From an uncultured Verrucomicrobiae bacterium (GTDB taxonomy: Bacteria > Verrucomicrobiota > Verrucomicrobiia > Chthoniobacterales > UBA10450), in the NCBI GenBank assembly GCA_963735805.1, contig CAVTMK010000003.1:160001-224000 (forward strand): DNA of 64,000 nt, in the 5' to 3' direction. The position numbers were made by a program, and so were the translations under genes. The first letter of the stretch is position 1. Each line of letters begins with the position of its first letter. The notes beneath the pieces are model-generated. The model searched no databases and was not told where the DNA came from. It saw nothing but the letters and a program-made list of their open reading frames with translations. Positions 29,450 through 38,755 of the stretch are shown here, in pieces.

Positions 29450-30334
29450 TCAAAGATATTCTCTGATGAACGCGCCGGCGCTAGCGAGCGCACGGCGGCC
29501 CGGCTCAAGATGAGCGTTCCATAGAGGCCATGCATGAATCATGTGTGGCCAGATTTCCAGAGTCGCGCGAACATCGGCTGTGCCAGCAACAGCCGCAAAA
29601 CGAGTCGCATCATCAAGCAACGTCTCGGCTGAGCCGACTTGAATTAGCGTTGGAGGAAAACCGTTGAGATCGGCGTAAAGAGGAGAAACACGGGGATCTT
29701 TCCGATCCATTCCGGCAGGCAAATAAGCTTGGGCCAGCTCGTTCAGATACTCTTTGTGAATGAGCGGATCGATGGCGCTATTGGTGGCAAGCGTTGAACC
29801 GGACATCGTCAGGTCCGTCCAAGGTGAAATTAACCACGCGCAACCTGGGAGTTCTTCGCGTGTATCGCGCAGCCGACTGGTCAGCGCCAATGAGAGGCCG
29901 GCACCCGCGCTGTCACCGCCAAGCGCAATGCGCGCAGCAGAAATGCCCTGGTTTCGCAGAAATCGCCAGGCTGTCAGCGCGTCGTCGTATGCTGCTGGAA
30001 ATGGATGCTCTGGAGCGAGTCGATAGGCGATCGCCAATGTTCGCACCCCAGCGGCTCGCCCCGCCTCAGTCACAAGCCGACGATGACTCACAACCGAACC
30101 AGAACAGTAGCCACCACCATGAAAAAACAACAGAACGCGCGAAGGATCGCTGTTAGCAACGATCGACCATTCCCCTGGCACGCCGGCCACATCAACCGCA
30201 GTGAGATTCACGTCGTCAGCTACAGGCCAGACGGAACCGACTTCATCCAGGCGTTTTCGTCGTTCTGACCATCCGACAGGTCGCGGCTTGGAATTTAACA
30301 GCGTGCGGATGTCATCGATTTCGTTTTGAGCCAT
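29450..30334 (-). CDS. Alpha/beta hydrolase (HSL/Aes family esterase)
   Basis: HGGGY, YRLAPEHPFPAA, GDSAG, SPW, HAW. Confidence 0.92.
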   Translation of the reverse strand: MAQNEIDDIRTLLNSKPRPVGWSERRKRLDEVGSVWPVADDVNLTAVDVAGVPGEWSIVANSDPSRVLLFFHGGGYCSGSVVSHRRLVTEAGRAAGVRTLAIAYRLAPEHPFPAAYDDALTAWRFLRNQGISAARIALGGDSAGAGLSLALTSRLRDTREELPGCAWLISPWTDLTMSGSTLATNSAIDPLIHKEYLNELAQAYLPAGMDRKDPRVSPLYADLNGFPPTLIQVGSAETLLDDATRFAAVAGTADVRATLEIWPHMIHAWPLWNAHLEPGRRALASAGAFIREYL

Positions 30335-30431
30335 TGCGTCTTAGATAAGCATTGGCCTATGAAGTGCAATCCAAGTACGAACTTTGGGCTTTTGTCTTGA
30401 CGGTTGAACACATCGTTGTTGCCTCCTGACT

Positions 30432-32021
30432 ATGTCGCATCCTTACGACGCCATCGTCATCGGTGCCGGACACAATGGCCTGACCTGTGCGTGTTACCTC
30501 GCCCGGGCGGGGTTGCGCGTTCTTACGTTGGAAGCGAACGAGACCATTGGCGGTTTGACAATCACCCAAGAGATTACGCTTCCGGATTTTCATTCCGACC
30601 TGCATGCGTTTGGATACCAGTTTGCCAATCTTTCGCCGGCACGACACGAGTTGGAACTGGACCGTTATGGCCTGGAATTGCTGACGCCTGAAATCTCTTT
30701 CGCCCACGCGTTCCCCGACGGCCAAACCGTTCGCATGTACAGAAATTTAGACCAAACGTGTGCTAGCATCGCGGCGCATTCGATGCACGATGCCGAACAA
30801 TGGCGTGTGCTATTTGGCCGATGGCTCATCGGCAAAGACGCGATTTGCGCTGCCCTCAACGCGCCACCGCGCCCCCTCTCGCAACACCTCGCTGAACTGG
30901 AACGCTCACCGGCTGGGCTGGACGAGTACCGCTTTGAAACTCAAACGCTTCGCGCATGGGCGAGCCAATGGTTTGAGCAAGAATGTGTCCGCTTGTTTCT
31001 CGGCGCGTTCTCAGTGCACGCGAACGTCGCGCCAGACGACGTGGGTGGCGGGCAACTGGCATGGTTGTTTGATTCGGTGATTCAAGATTTTGGCAACAAG
31101 ATTGTCAAAGGCGGAATGCTCAACCTCTCACGGGCATTAGCGCGATGTTTGGAATACCGTGGCGGCATGATTCGGACAACTGCGCGAGTGAGCAGAATTC
31201 TGATCGAGCAGGGAAAGGCCGTCGGTGTGCGTTTGAGTGATGGCGAAGAGATCTCAGTCGGTCGACTTGTGGCATCCACTGTTGATCCGCGCACGCTCGT
31301 GCTCGATTTGCTCGGCGAGGTTGTACTTGGAGAGGACATCGCGCATAAGATCGCACGATACCAATGGGGTGATTCGATCATGGTGATCTACCTAGCATTG
31401 AGCGGACCGCTCGAATTCAAGGCAGGCGAAGAGACTGCGCGTGCGTCCTATGTTCACTGCACGCCGCCCTCATTGGAATACGTCGCGCAGATGTTTGTCG
31501 AAGCGCGGGCTGGGTTGCTCCCAGCGCGGCCAGTGATGGTGGTTTGCAATGACTACACGGCTGATCCCAGCCGCGTTCCGCCTGGAAAGGGTTTGATCAA
31601 AATCCTGGTCAAATGCGTGCCGTATGAAATTCTCGGCGATGCCACGCGTAAGATTGCCGCGCGAAATTGGAAGGCCGCCAAAGAACCATATGCCGATCAC
31701 GTGATTGACCTGCTGACGGAACATTACATCCCTAATCTTAAGGCAAGGATTTTGAAGCGAATCGTCCATTCGCCGGTAGACCAGGAGCGCATGATCAGCA
31801 GCGCGGTGCGCGGGACCGAACTGCAGGGCGCGTTCCTTCCATATCAGAGCGGCGCCATGCGGCCCATTCCCGAATTGGGCCATTACCGCACGCCAGTTCC
31901 AAACGTGTATGTTTGCGGGGCCGCTAGCCATCCCGGTCCGGGCGTCTCGTTCATGCCAGGTCGCAATGCTGCGCATGTGATCTTCACTGATTTGGGTTTG
32001 GATTTTGGAAGTGTTGCTTAG
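30432..32021 (+). CDS. Phytoene dehydrogenase-like FAD-dependent oxidoreductase
   Basis: IGAGHNGL...LEA...GG; C-terminal YRTPVPNVYVCGAASHPGPGVSFMPGRNAA. Confidence 0.88.
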   Translation: MSHPYDAIVIGAGHNGLTCACYLARAGLRVLTLEANETIGGLTITQEITLPDFHSDLHAFGYQFANLSPARHELELDRYGLELLTPEISFAHAFPDGQTVRMYRNLDQTCASIAAHSMHDAEQWRVLFGRWLIGKDAICAALNAPPRPLSQHLAELERSPAGLDEYRFETQTLRAWASQWFEQECVRLFLGAFSVHANVAPDDVGGGQLAWLFDSVIQDFGNKIVKGGMLNLSRALARCLEYRGGMIRTTARVSRILIEQGKAVGVRLSDGEEISVGRLVASTVDPRTLVLDLLGEVVLGEDIAHKIARYQWGDSIMVIYLALSGPLEFKAGEETARASYVHCTPPSLEYVAQMFVEARAGLLPARPVMVVCNDYTADPSRVPPGKGLIKILVKCVPYEILGDATRKIAARNWKAAKEPYADHVIDLLTEHYIPNLKARILKRIVHSPVDQERMISSAVRGTELQGAFLPYQSGAMRPIPELGHYRTPVPNVYVCGAASHPGPGVSFMPGRNAAHVIFTDLGLDFGSVA

Positions 32022-32134
32022 GGGGAGAAAAGGGTGATCGTCCTCCTCGCTGTGCGAATGGACATCCCTCTGTTCTCAAACTTTCCGCTTTCTTCATTCT
32101 GCGCGCCTTGTCATTCTGCGCCGTCGAATGACAA

Positions 32135-32875
32135 GTGAAAAACTATCTCCAGCTTAATCTCAGTTTACTCTATTGGATTTTGATTGCGCCGTTTACCGGG
32201 CAATTTTTCAAAATCGGCCCGATCTTCAGGCAAATGGTGGCCATCGGCGTACGCGCGACACCGATGGTCGCACTGACGGCGTTCAGCGTGGGTGTGACGC
32301 TTGCCATGCAAGCCGCTCATTCTCTGGAAAGCCTCGGCGCCGAAATGTACATTCCCGATCTGGTGATGCTTACGCTCTTGCGCGAAATGGGACCGGTATT
32401 GATCGCCGTGATCGTAATCGGCCGCAGCGGCTCAGCCGTCGCGGCCGAACTGGGAACAATGAAAGTGTCCGAGGAAATCGAAGCACTCGAAGTCATGGCA
32501 ATCAACCCAATTCAATACCTGGTGGTACCGCGTTTTCTCGCGATGATGGTAATGCTGCCCACACTCACCATCTTTGGAAATTACATTGGCATCCTGGGAG
32601 GCTGGGCCGTCTGCCGTTTCGCGCTCGACTTTAATACCGCCGGCTATGTACTGCGCGCATTGGAAAGCGCCGATACATGGGACTTGTATTCGGGGATGAT
32701 CAAGAGCGTGGTTTTCGCATGGATTATTATCACGATCTCGTGTAACGCCGGATTAAATGTAGAAGGCGGCGCAGAAGGTGTTGGACAGGCGACAACCACT
32801 GCAGTTGTGCAAGCATTGCTGGCGATGTTGATCATGAACGCCGTGTTAACCGGAATTTTCTTTTTTAGCGCATGA
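32135..32875 (+). CDS. mlaE: MlaE family lipid ABC permease
   Basis: LREMGPV, GRSGSAVAAELGTMKVSEEIEALEVM, YLVVPR, GGAEGVGQATT. Confidence 0.92.
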   Translation: MKNYLQLNLSLLYWILIAPFTGQFFKIGPIFRQMVAIGVRATPMVALTAFSVGVTLAMQAAHSLESLGAEMYIPDLVMLTLLREMGPVLIAVIVIGRSGSAVAAELGTMKVSEEIEALEVMAINPIQYLVVPRFLAMMVMLPTLTIFGNYIGILGGWAVCRFALDFNTAGYVLRALESADTWDLYSGMIKSVVFAWIIITISCNAGLNVEGGAEGVGQATTTAVVQALLAMLIMNAVLTGIFFFSA

Positions 32876-33726
32876 ATGCTACCGGAGAAGCCATTATCGA
32901 AGTGACCAACCTCGTCCGAAAATTCGGAGACCGTTCGGTGATCGATGACATTTCTTTTGATGTCCATCGGGGCGATACTCTCGTTATCATGGGAGGTAGT
33001 GGCTGCGGTAAAAGCACATTGCTTCGCCACTTGATCGGTTCCATGAGGCCGACTTCGGGTTCGGTGAAACTCTTTGGCGAAGAGATCACAAACATGAACG
33101 AGCGCGAGCTTGAACGGGTGCGGTTACGATTCGGGATGCTGTTCCAATCCGGCGCGCTACTCGCCTCGCAAACCGTAGGTGAAAATGTGGCGTTGCCGCT
33201 TCTGCAGCATACGGCCAAATCCGTCGACGAAATTGAGGAAATTGTGAAGCAAAAGCTTCAAATGGTCGGCCTGACAGGCTTTGAAGATCTTAAACCTGAC
33301 GAAATCAGCGGTGGAATGAAAAAGCGAGTCGGTCTTGCAAGGGCACTTGCGCTTGATCCGGAACTTCTTTTCAGTGACGAGCCGACTTCAGGGCTCGACC
33401 CAATCATGACTGCGGTGGTAGATGAACTCACCATGAAACTGACACATGGGAGCCATATGACCGCGGTGGTAGTGTCGCACGATATGACAAGCGCATTCCG
33501 CATCGCCACACGCATGATCATGCTGGGGCACGGCGGCATCGTCGCACAGGGCACGCCGGATGAGATTCGGAACAGCCCGAACCCGGAAGTGCAACAATTT
33601 ATCCACGGCGAGGCTGACGGCCCGGTTCCATTGAATCTTTCCCAGGAAGAACATGAGGACCATCAGAACGTTAAACCGCGACCCTTCGTGGCAGCACGTG
33701 ACAGATTTCATCGCAAAACAGCCTGA
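32872..33726 (+). CDS. mlaF: MlaF family ABC ATP-binding protein
   Basis: GGSGCGKS, GMLFQSGAL, ISGGMKKRVGLARA, DEPTSGLDP, VSHD. Confidence 0.92.
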   Translation: MNATGEAIIEVTNLVRKFGDRSVIDDISFDVHRGDTLVIMGGSGCGKSTLLRHLIGSMRPTSGSVKLFGEEITNMNERELERVRLRFGMLFQSGALLASQTVGENVALPLLQHTAKSVDEIEEIVKQKLQMVGLTGFEDLKPDEISGGMKKRVGLARALALDPELLFSDEPTSGLDPIMTAVVDELTMKLTHGSHMTAVVVSHDMTSAFRIATRMIMLGHGGIVAQGTPDEIRNSPNPEVQQFIHGEADGPVPLNLSQEEHEDHQNVKPRPFVAARDRFHRKTA

Positions 33727-33754
33727 AACGCGTCATGAATAAATGGATTGAGCC

Positions 33755-34645
33755 GTGAGCCTGAAAAAAAGCAATCTACCTGATTATTTCGTCGCGGTGG
33801 CCGTCATCGCGTGCAGCATTGTTCTGCTGGGTGCACTGACTTTCGCGCTTTCAGGTTATCGCCTCAAAAAACCAACGCGCACCCTGCAAATCAATTATGA
33901 AGATGTGACCGGTATCAAGGTGAATTCCGAAGTTCGTTACGCTGGTGCGCCTGCGGGGCGCGTGATTGCGATGCGTCATCTCACTGCCAAAGAACGCGAC
34001 GCCAGCGGAAACAGAAAAGACGCTGTACGCGTAACGGTCAGCCTCGATGATGGAATTCCGCCGTTGCCCACCGATGTATCGGCGACGCTAAGTTCCGATA
34101 CAATGCTCTCGCCGAAATTTGTGGCGCTTTCCGCTGGCACGCCTGGAGGTCAAACTTTGGCCAACAACGCGGCGATCGAGGGTCATCCGGCGTACGGCCT
34201 GGAACAGATCACCGCGGCAGCCGGACCATTGTTTGAGAATGCAAACAAGCTCCTCGACAATCTCAATGTGACCGTGACAGGTTTGAAAAAAGATCTTGGC
34301 GATTTCACGCCGAAGCTCGGCCCACTCGCAGATTCGTTAAAAATGGACGTGGATAACCTACAGAACATGATCACCAACCTTGACGGCGTAGCCAAGGGTG
34401 CAGATACGGTGTTCGGCTCTGCGGATTCCTTCATCAAGACAACCGATAAACAGCTTTCGGAAGATTTGAGACAACTACATGTGACCCTCTTGAACCTGAA
34501 AGTGGTTACGACCTATGCGAAGGAGCTGGTCGGAACGCTCGCCTCGAAACCAAACCGCGTCATTTTCAGTGGGAAACCAACAACGCTCACGCCTGAATCG
34601 GAAATTCTAAAAAGCTCAAAGCCTGTGTCTGCAAGGAAACCGTAG
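33755..34645 (+). CDS. mlaD: MlaD/MCE family protein
   Basis: N-terminal TM; GIKVNSEVRYAGAPAGRV; helical C-terminal region. Confidence 0.85.
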   Translation: MSLKKSNLPDYFVAVAVIACSIVLLGALTFALSGYRLKKPTRTLQINYEDVTGIKVNSEVRYAGAPAGRVIAMRHLTAKERDASGNRKDAVRVTVSLDDGIPPLPTDVSATLSSDTMLSPKFVALSAGTPGGQTLANNAAIEGHPAYGLEQITAAAGPLFENANKLLDNLNVTVTGLKKDLGDFTPKLGPLADSLKMDVDNLQNMITNLDGVAKGADTVFGSADSFIKTTDKQLSEDLRQLHVTLLNLKVVTTYAKELVGTLASKPNRVIFSGKPTTLTPESEILKSSKPVSARKP

Positions 34646-35165
34646 CTGTAGCCCTTCCCCAAATTACGTCATCAGCGTGGTGAACGAAGGCAAGACCGCC
34701 ACATCCTTTCACCATCAAGCAGCGTTTGTCTGAGCGAAACCCTTCATTTTCACCGGAGCGAAAGCACCCGTGGTTTTGGGCACGCTCGATCGCAATAGTG
34801 AGCGCGTTGTTTATTATCGAAGCAGAATTACGCTAGATCGCCCAATATCTGAGACCTTCGGCCTCCGGTTTCCGTGAAATCTTATAAGGGCCAGCATGAA
34901 ACAGCGCGGCCGTCGCCGAATGCGTTCGCTCGAATACTGGCGTGCGTACTACACGCGGAAGCAGTGCGAATGCCGCGCTCGTGATTACCGGCAAGCGTAT
35001 GACACACGGAAAAAACGCGAACAGCGCGCAACGCCTTCAGGCTTGCGAAGGCGGAGAATACAAATAGTGACGCATGCCGCACGTTCGTGAGAGATCCCGC
35101 CGAAGTAAAAATGGCGTGGGCTAGCTAACGTCGGTTACTGCAAAGTTTGGCACGCGAGAACCGTC

Positions 35166-35189
35166 ACGGTCAGCGACCGCGGCTACAAC
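35166..35189 (-). repeat. REP-like GTAG-hairpin element, family A copy 3; its TAG is the GT2 stop codon
   Basis: Minus strand GTTGTAG-CCGCGGTC-GCT-GACCGT. Confidence 0.7.
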
Positions 35190-35908
35190 TGTCCCTTAGG
35201 CGGCGACACTGTACGATAACGCCACATCAATTTTAAGAAACGAACAGCGTCGCGCATGGGATGAATCTTGCTGACCTGGTCGGAATAAACAGTCGAGATT
35301 GGGACTGATTCGATATGGTAACCGTTACGGCTGGCGGTAATAAGTACCTCAGTTTCGTACTCGAACCGGTTTCCGCCACTAAGTAACTCTGGAACCAATT
35401 GTCGATTTACCATCCGGAAACCGCACTGAGTGTCGGGAATCTCCTGTCGACAGAGGCGGCTGATCTGGCTGCTCATATAGCGATTTACAACTCGTCGGAT
35501 GAACGGCATCCCGGTGAGGTCGTTCATACGGTTGCCGATCAAAAACGTCGGTCGCGTCGCGCACGCTGCCGCTGTAAGGAAGCGGTCGATCTCCTCTGGA
35601 AGATGTTGCCCGTCGGAATCGAGAAGACTCACCCAGGTAACTTCTCGGGTCATCAAGTGACCGAGTCCCGTCTTGATTGCTTCGCCTTTGCCGCGGTTTT
35701 GATCATGAGTAATGACGTCTGCGCCGGCTTCGCGCGCGCGTTGCCCGGTCTGATCGCTCGACCCATCATCAACGACAAGGACGTAGTCGAGCCGCTCACG
35801 AGTCCGGCGAACGATATCGCCGATGTGTTTCTCATCTTGATACGCAGGAATGACGGCGGCAGTTTGCGAGCGAGTCTGAGCGAGCGGATCTCGCTCGTCC
35901 TGCGTCAT
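35183..35908 (-). CDS. Glycosyltransferase family 2 (DPM synthase-like)
   Basis: VIPAY, VVDDGSSD, NRGKG, LDSDGQH, DTQCGFR; ATG overlaps lipA stop. Confidence 0.9.
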   Translation of the reverse strand: MTQDERDPLAQTRSQTAAVIPAYQDEKHIGDIVRRTRERLDYVLVVDDGSSDQTGQRAREAGADVITHDQNRGKGEAIKTGLGHLMTREVTWVSLLDSDGQHLPEEIDRFLTAAACATRPTFLIGNRMNDLTGMPFIRRVVNRYMSSQISRLCRQEIPDTQCGFRMVNRQLVPELLSGGNRFEYETEVLITASRNGYHIESVPISTVYSDQVSKIHPMRDAVRFLKLMWRYRTVSPPKGQL

Positions 35909-36804
35909 CGGCGTACCACCGGATGAAAGTCGGCCGCGTGATAAGAACTGCGGACCAGCGGACCGGAGGCGACGTGGAGAAAGCCTTTTCTGCGCGCGAT
36001 GTCGCCGTAGTAATTGAATTGCTCTGGCGTGATGTATTCGACCACGGGCAAATGTTTCGGAGTCGGACGCAGATACTGGCCCATGGTGAGAATTTCGCAG
36101 CCCGCCTCGCGCAAATCGTCCATCGTTTGAAAAAGTTCCGTCTCCTTCTCGCCAAGACCAAGCATCACACCACTCTTGGTCACAATCCTGCAAGTGCCCA
36201 ACGACAATTCCTTTGCGCGCCGTAACGCTTGCAGCGAGGTGCGATATTTTGCGCGCGACCGCACTAACGGTGTAAGGCGTTCCACTGTTTCCAGGTTGTG
36301 ATTATAGATGTCCGGTCCAGCGCCCAGTACGATCTGGATGGACCAATCCTGTGCGTGAAAATCTGGAACGAGCACTTCGACAATCACCGAAGGATCCATC
36401 TCTCGAATCGCCGCGATCGTACGAGCGAAATGATCGGCGCCGCCGTCCTTAAGATCGTCGCGCGCAACTGCCGTGATCACGACATGTTTTAATTTCATCC
36501 GGCGCACTGCTTCGGCTACACGCTTTGGTTCGTCTTCTTCAAGCGCGAAAGGTTTTGCCGTTGTCACAGCGCAAAATCCACACGCGCGCGTGCAGCGGTC
36601 ACCGGCGATCATGAAAGTGGCTGTGCCCTGGCTCCAACATTCCCATCGGTTCGGACACTGCGCGCTTTCGCAAACCGTGTGCAAACGCAAATCCGAAATG
36701 AGCGCCTTCGTTGAAAAGAAGACCGGATTGGAGGGCAACCGTACTTTAATCCAGGACGGCTTGTGCGCCTGGTGCAAGGTGGGATCCATCTTTGCGCACG
36801 ACAT
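35905..36804 (-). CDS. lipA: Lipoyl synthase
   Basis: CESAQCPNRWEC, CTRACGFC, HNLETV, GQYLRP, VRSSY. Confidence 0.96.
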   Translation of the reverse strand: MSCAKMDPTLHQAHKPSWIKVRLPSNPVFFSTKALISDLRLHTVCESAQCPNRWECWSQGTATFMIAGDRCTRACGFCAVTTAKPFALEEDEPKRVAEAVRRMKLKHVVITAVARDDLKDGGADHFARTIAAIREMDPSVIVEVLVPDFHAQDWSIQIVLGAGPDIYNHNLETVERLTPLVRSRAKYRTSLQALRRAKELSLGTCRIVTKSGVMLGLGEKETELFQTMDDLREAGCEILTMGQYLRPTPKHLPVVEYITPEQFNYYGDIARRKGFLHVASGPLVRSSYHAADFHPVVRR

Positions 36805-36823
36805 ATCAACCGAATGCTAGCGC

Positions 36824-36871
36824 AACGTTGAAACGTTGAAAAGTTGAAGCGCGGAACCGGTTCGCTTCAAC
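36824..36871. repeat. 8-bp tandem repeat (AACGTTGA x3) ending in a 9-bp hairpin, between recR and lipA
   Basis: aacgttga aacgttga aaagttga; GTTGAAGCG...CGCTTCAAC. Confidence 0.6.
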
Positions 36872-36873
36872 GA

Positions 36874-37479
36874 TCACAACTTCGTCCTTCCAGAAAGCGC
36901 CGCTGCGAGGGTTAGTTCGTCTGCCGATTCCAAGCCGCCACCGGCCGGAATACCACGGGCAATCCGGGTAAGGTTGACCTGTTTGTCCTTCAAAAGATCG
37001 ACGATGTAATTTGTGGTGGATTCGCCTTCCACATCGGCCGGTAGGGCGAAAATGAGTTCGCAAATCTTTTCCTGATCGACGCGTTCCAGTAATTCTTTGA
37101 TGCGCAAATCTTCGGGACCGACATGATCGAGCGGAGAAATTTTCCCTCCAAGAGAATGGTAACGCCCGCGAAAGGCGTTCGTTTTTTCCAAGGGAAGGAT
37201 GTCCGTGGGTTGTTCTACAACGCAGAGCAGGTCGGTTGAGCGCGAGGGATCTGCGCATATCTCGCATACTTCGCTAGCAGCGAAAAAACCACACAGCTTG
37301 CACGACCGAATGGCGTGGCGCGTTTCCGCGATAGCCCGCGAGATTTGCTCCGGCTGATCGTCCCCTGCCCGTACCATCCACAGGGCAATCCGCTCTGCAG
37401 AGCGAGGACCGACTCCGGGCATTTGTCGTAGTTGGGCAATCAAATTCCGGATCGCGACCGGATACTCCGTCCTTCTCAA
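36874..37479 (-). CDS. recR: Recombination mediator RecR
   Basis: PGVGPRSAER, CKLC...CEIC zinc finger, CVVE, YHSLGG, EGE, RIARGIP. Confidence 0.95.
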   Translation of the reverse strand: MRRTEYPVAIRNLIAQLRQMPGVGPRSAERIALWMVRAGDDQPEQISRAIAETRHAIRSCKLCGFFAASEVCEICADPSRSTDLLCVVEQPTDILPLEKTNAFRGRYHSLGGKISPLDHVGPEDLRIKELLERVDQEKICELIFALPADVEGESTTNYIVDLLKDKQVNLTRIARGIPAGGGLESADELTLAAALSGRTKL

Positions 37480-37486
37480 AGCGCGC

Positions 37487-38749
37487 TCAGCTTTCTTCCA
37501 CGGGCGATTCCGTCAACTGCAGAACGAGCGGCTCAAGTCGACGTAAATAGAATTGCAATGCAGGATCAACCTCTCCCTCGGGTCCCCTCGCCTTCTGAAA
37601 TTCAGAATAAGCTTCCGCCCAACGCTGTTCTCGATATAGAACCACACCGCTCCAGAAAGAATCTCTACGCGCTACATGCTCCGGCCCGGCTTCTGCGGCA
37701 AGCCATAGCGGCTCGTAGATTTCGATTCGATCATGCGAATTCATTCCGCTAACAAAATCGATCGGACGCGCGACAATGATCTCGCTCACCCGATCGAACG
37801 TAGCCGTATCGATCAGAACCTTCGATCCATAGCGATGATTCAGAGCACAAAATCTGCGCGCAAGCTCAATCGGTTCCCCGCTCGCAAGAAGCGCTGGATG
37901 CACGCCGTCATTCAGCGCGCCTGCAATTATCGCGCCCGAACTGATGCCGACTTGAATGTCCCAATCGGACAACGTTTCTTCGTTCTCCTCTCGCCGTTCG
38001 CGAAAATTCTTTGTCAGATCGAGCACGGCACGCACTGCGTCCTCGGCATGTTGGCTAACTGCATTCGGAAATCCAAAAATCGCGACGACGCCTTCCCCGT
38101 CGGCAGCCTGGAGGAATGCTCCTTTCTCGATTAGATCGTCGGCGGTCTCTCGAAGAAACTTGCCCATTGTCTCAGCGAAACCAGCGGGGTCAGAGTCATT
38201 CGTGAGTCCATGCCGGTTGGCAATGTCGCAGACCACAACGCTCGCTTCGTACGTTTTCGCCTGACCATCGAACGGCGTTGTCCCAGTGGTGACACAATGA
38301 AATTCCTTTTTCGAAAGGCGGTTGCCAAAAATTGTTCGCACCAAATGCGACCGATCCCTCCGCAAAAAAGCCATCCAGCCTTCCGCACCCGCCGCCGCCA
38401 AGACGACCCCAAAAATGCAGGGAACCGGCTGGAAAAAAACCCGGTAAAGAGAACAGACCGACGAAAGCACAAGAAGCTCAACCAAAAAAGAGCCGAACAA
38501 CAGATAGTTTCGCTTCCGTCCCGCAGGCGGGGGATTTCTCAGGCTCAGCCACACGACACCACCAGCTATGAGCAGGATAAGAACGTACTGCCATTTTTCT
38601 CCCACGACCCTCGTCGCTCCGGCATAATTGGAAACAAGGTGTCCCACACCAGACTCAAAACCCGCTACCGCCTTGGTTGCGTGCAAGACACCGACAATGA
38701 TCGCGACGACAACTGCAATTACGAGCGTTGTGATCAACGAGCGCTTCAT
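37487..38749 (-). CDS. Membrane protein with degenerate class III nucleotidyl cyclase domain and TPR-like tail
   Basis: 4 TMs; VVVCDI, DGEGVVAIFG, HAEDAV, VGISSG, SGEPIELARR, YGSKVLI. Confidence 0.75.
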   Translation of the reverse strand: MKRSLITTLVIAVVVAIIVGVLHATKAVAGFESGVGHLVSNYAGATRVVGEKWQYVLILLIAGGVVWLSLRNPPPAGRKRNYLLFGSFLVELLVLSSVCSLYRVFFQPVPCIFGVVLAAAGAEGWMAFLRRDRSHLVRTIFGNRLSKKEFHCVTTGTTPFDGQAKTYEASVVVCDIANRHGLTNDSDPAGFAETMGKFLRETADDLIEKGAFLQAADGEGVVAIFGFPNAVSQHAEDAVRAVLDLTKNFRERREENEETLSDWDIQVGISSGAIIAGALNDGVHPALLASGEPIELARRFCALNHRYGSKVLIDTATFDRVSEIIVARPIDFVSGMNSHDRIEIYEPLWLAAEAGPEHVARRDSFWSGVVLYREQRWAEAYSEFQKARGPEGEVDPALQFYLRRLEPLVLQLTESPVEES

Positions 38750-38755
38750 TAACGA

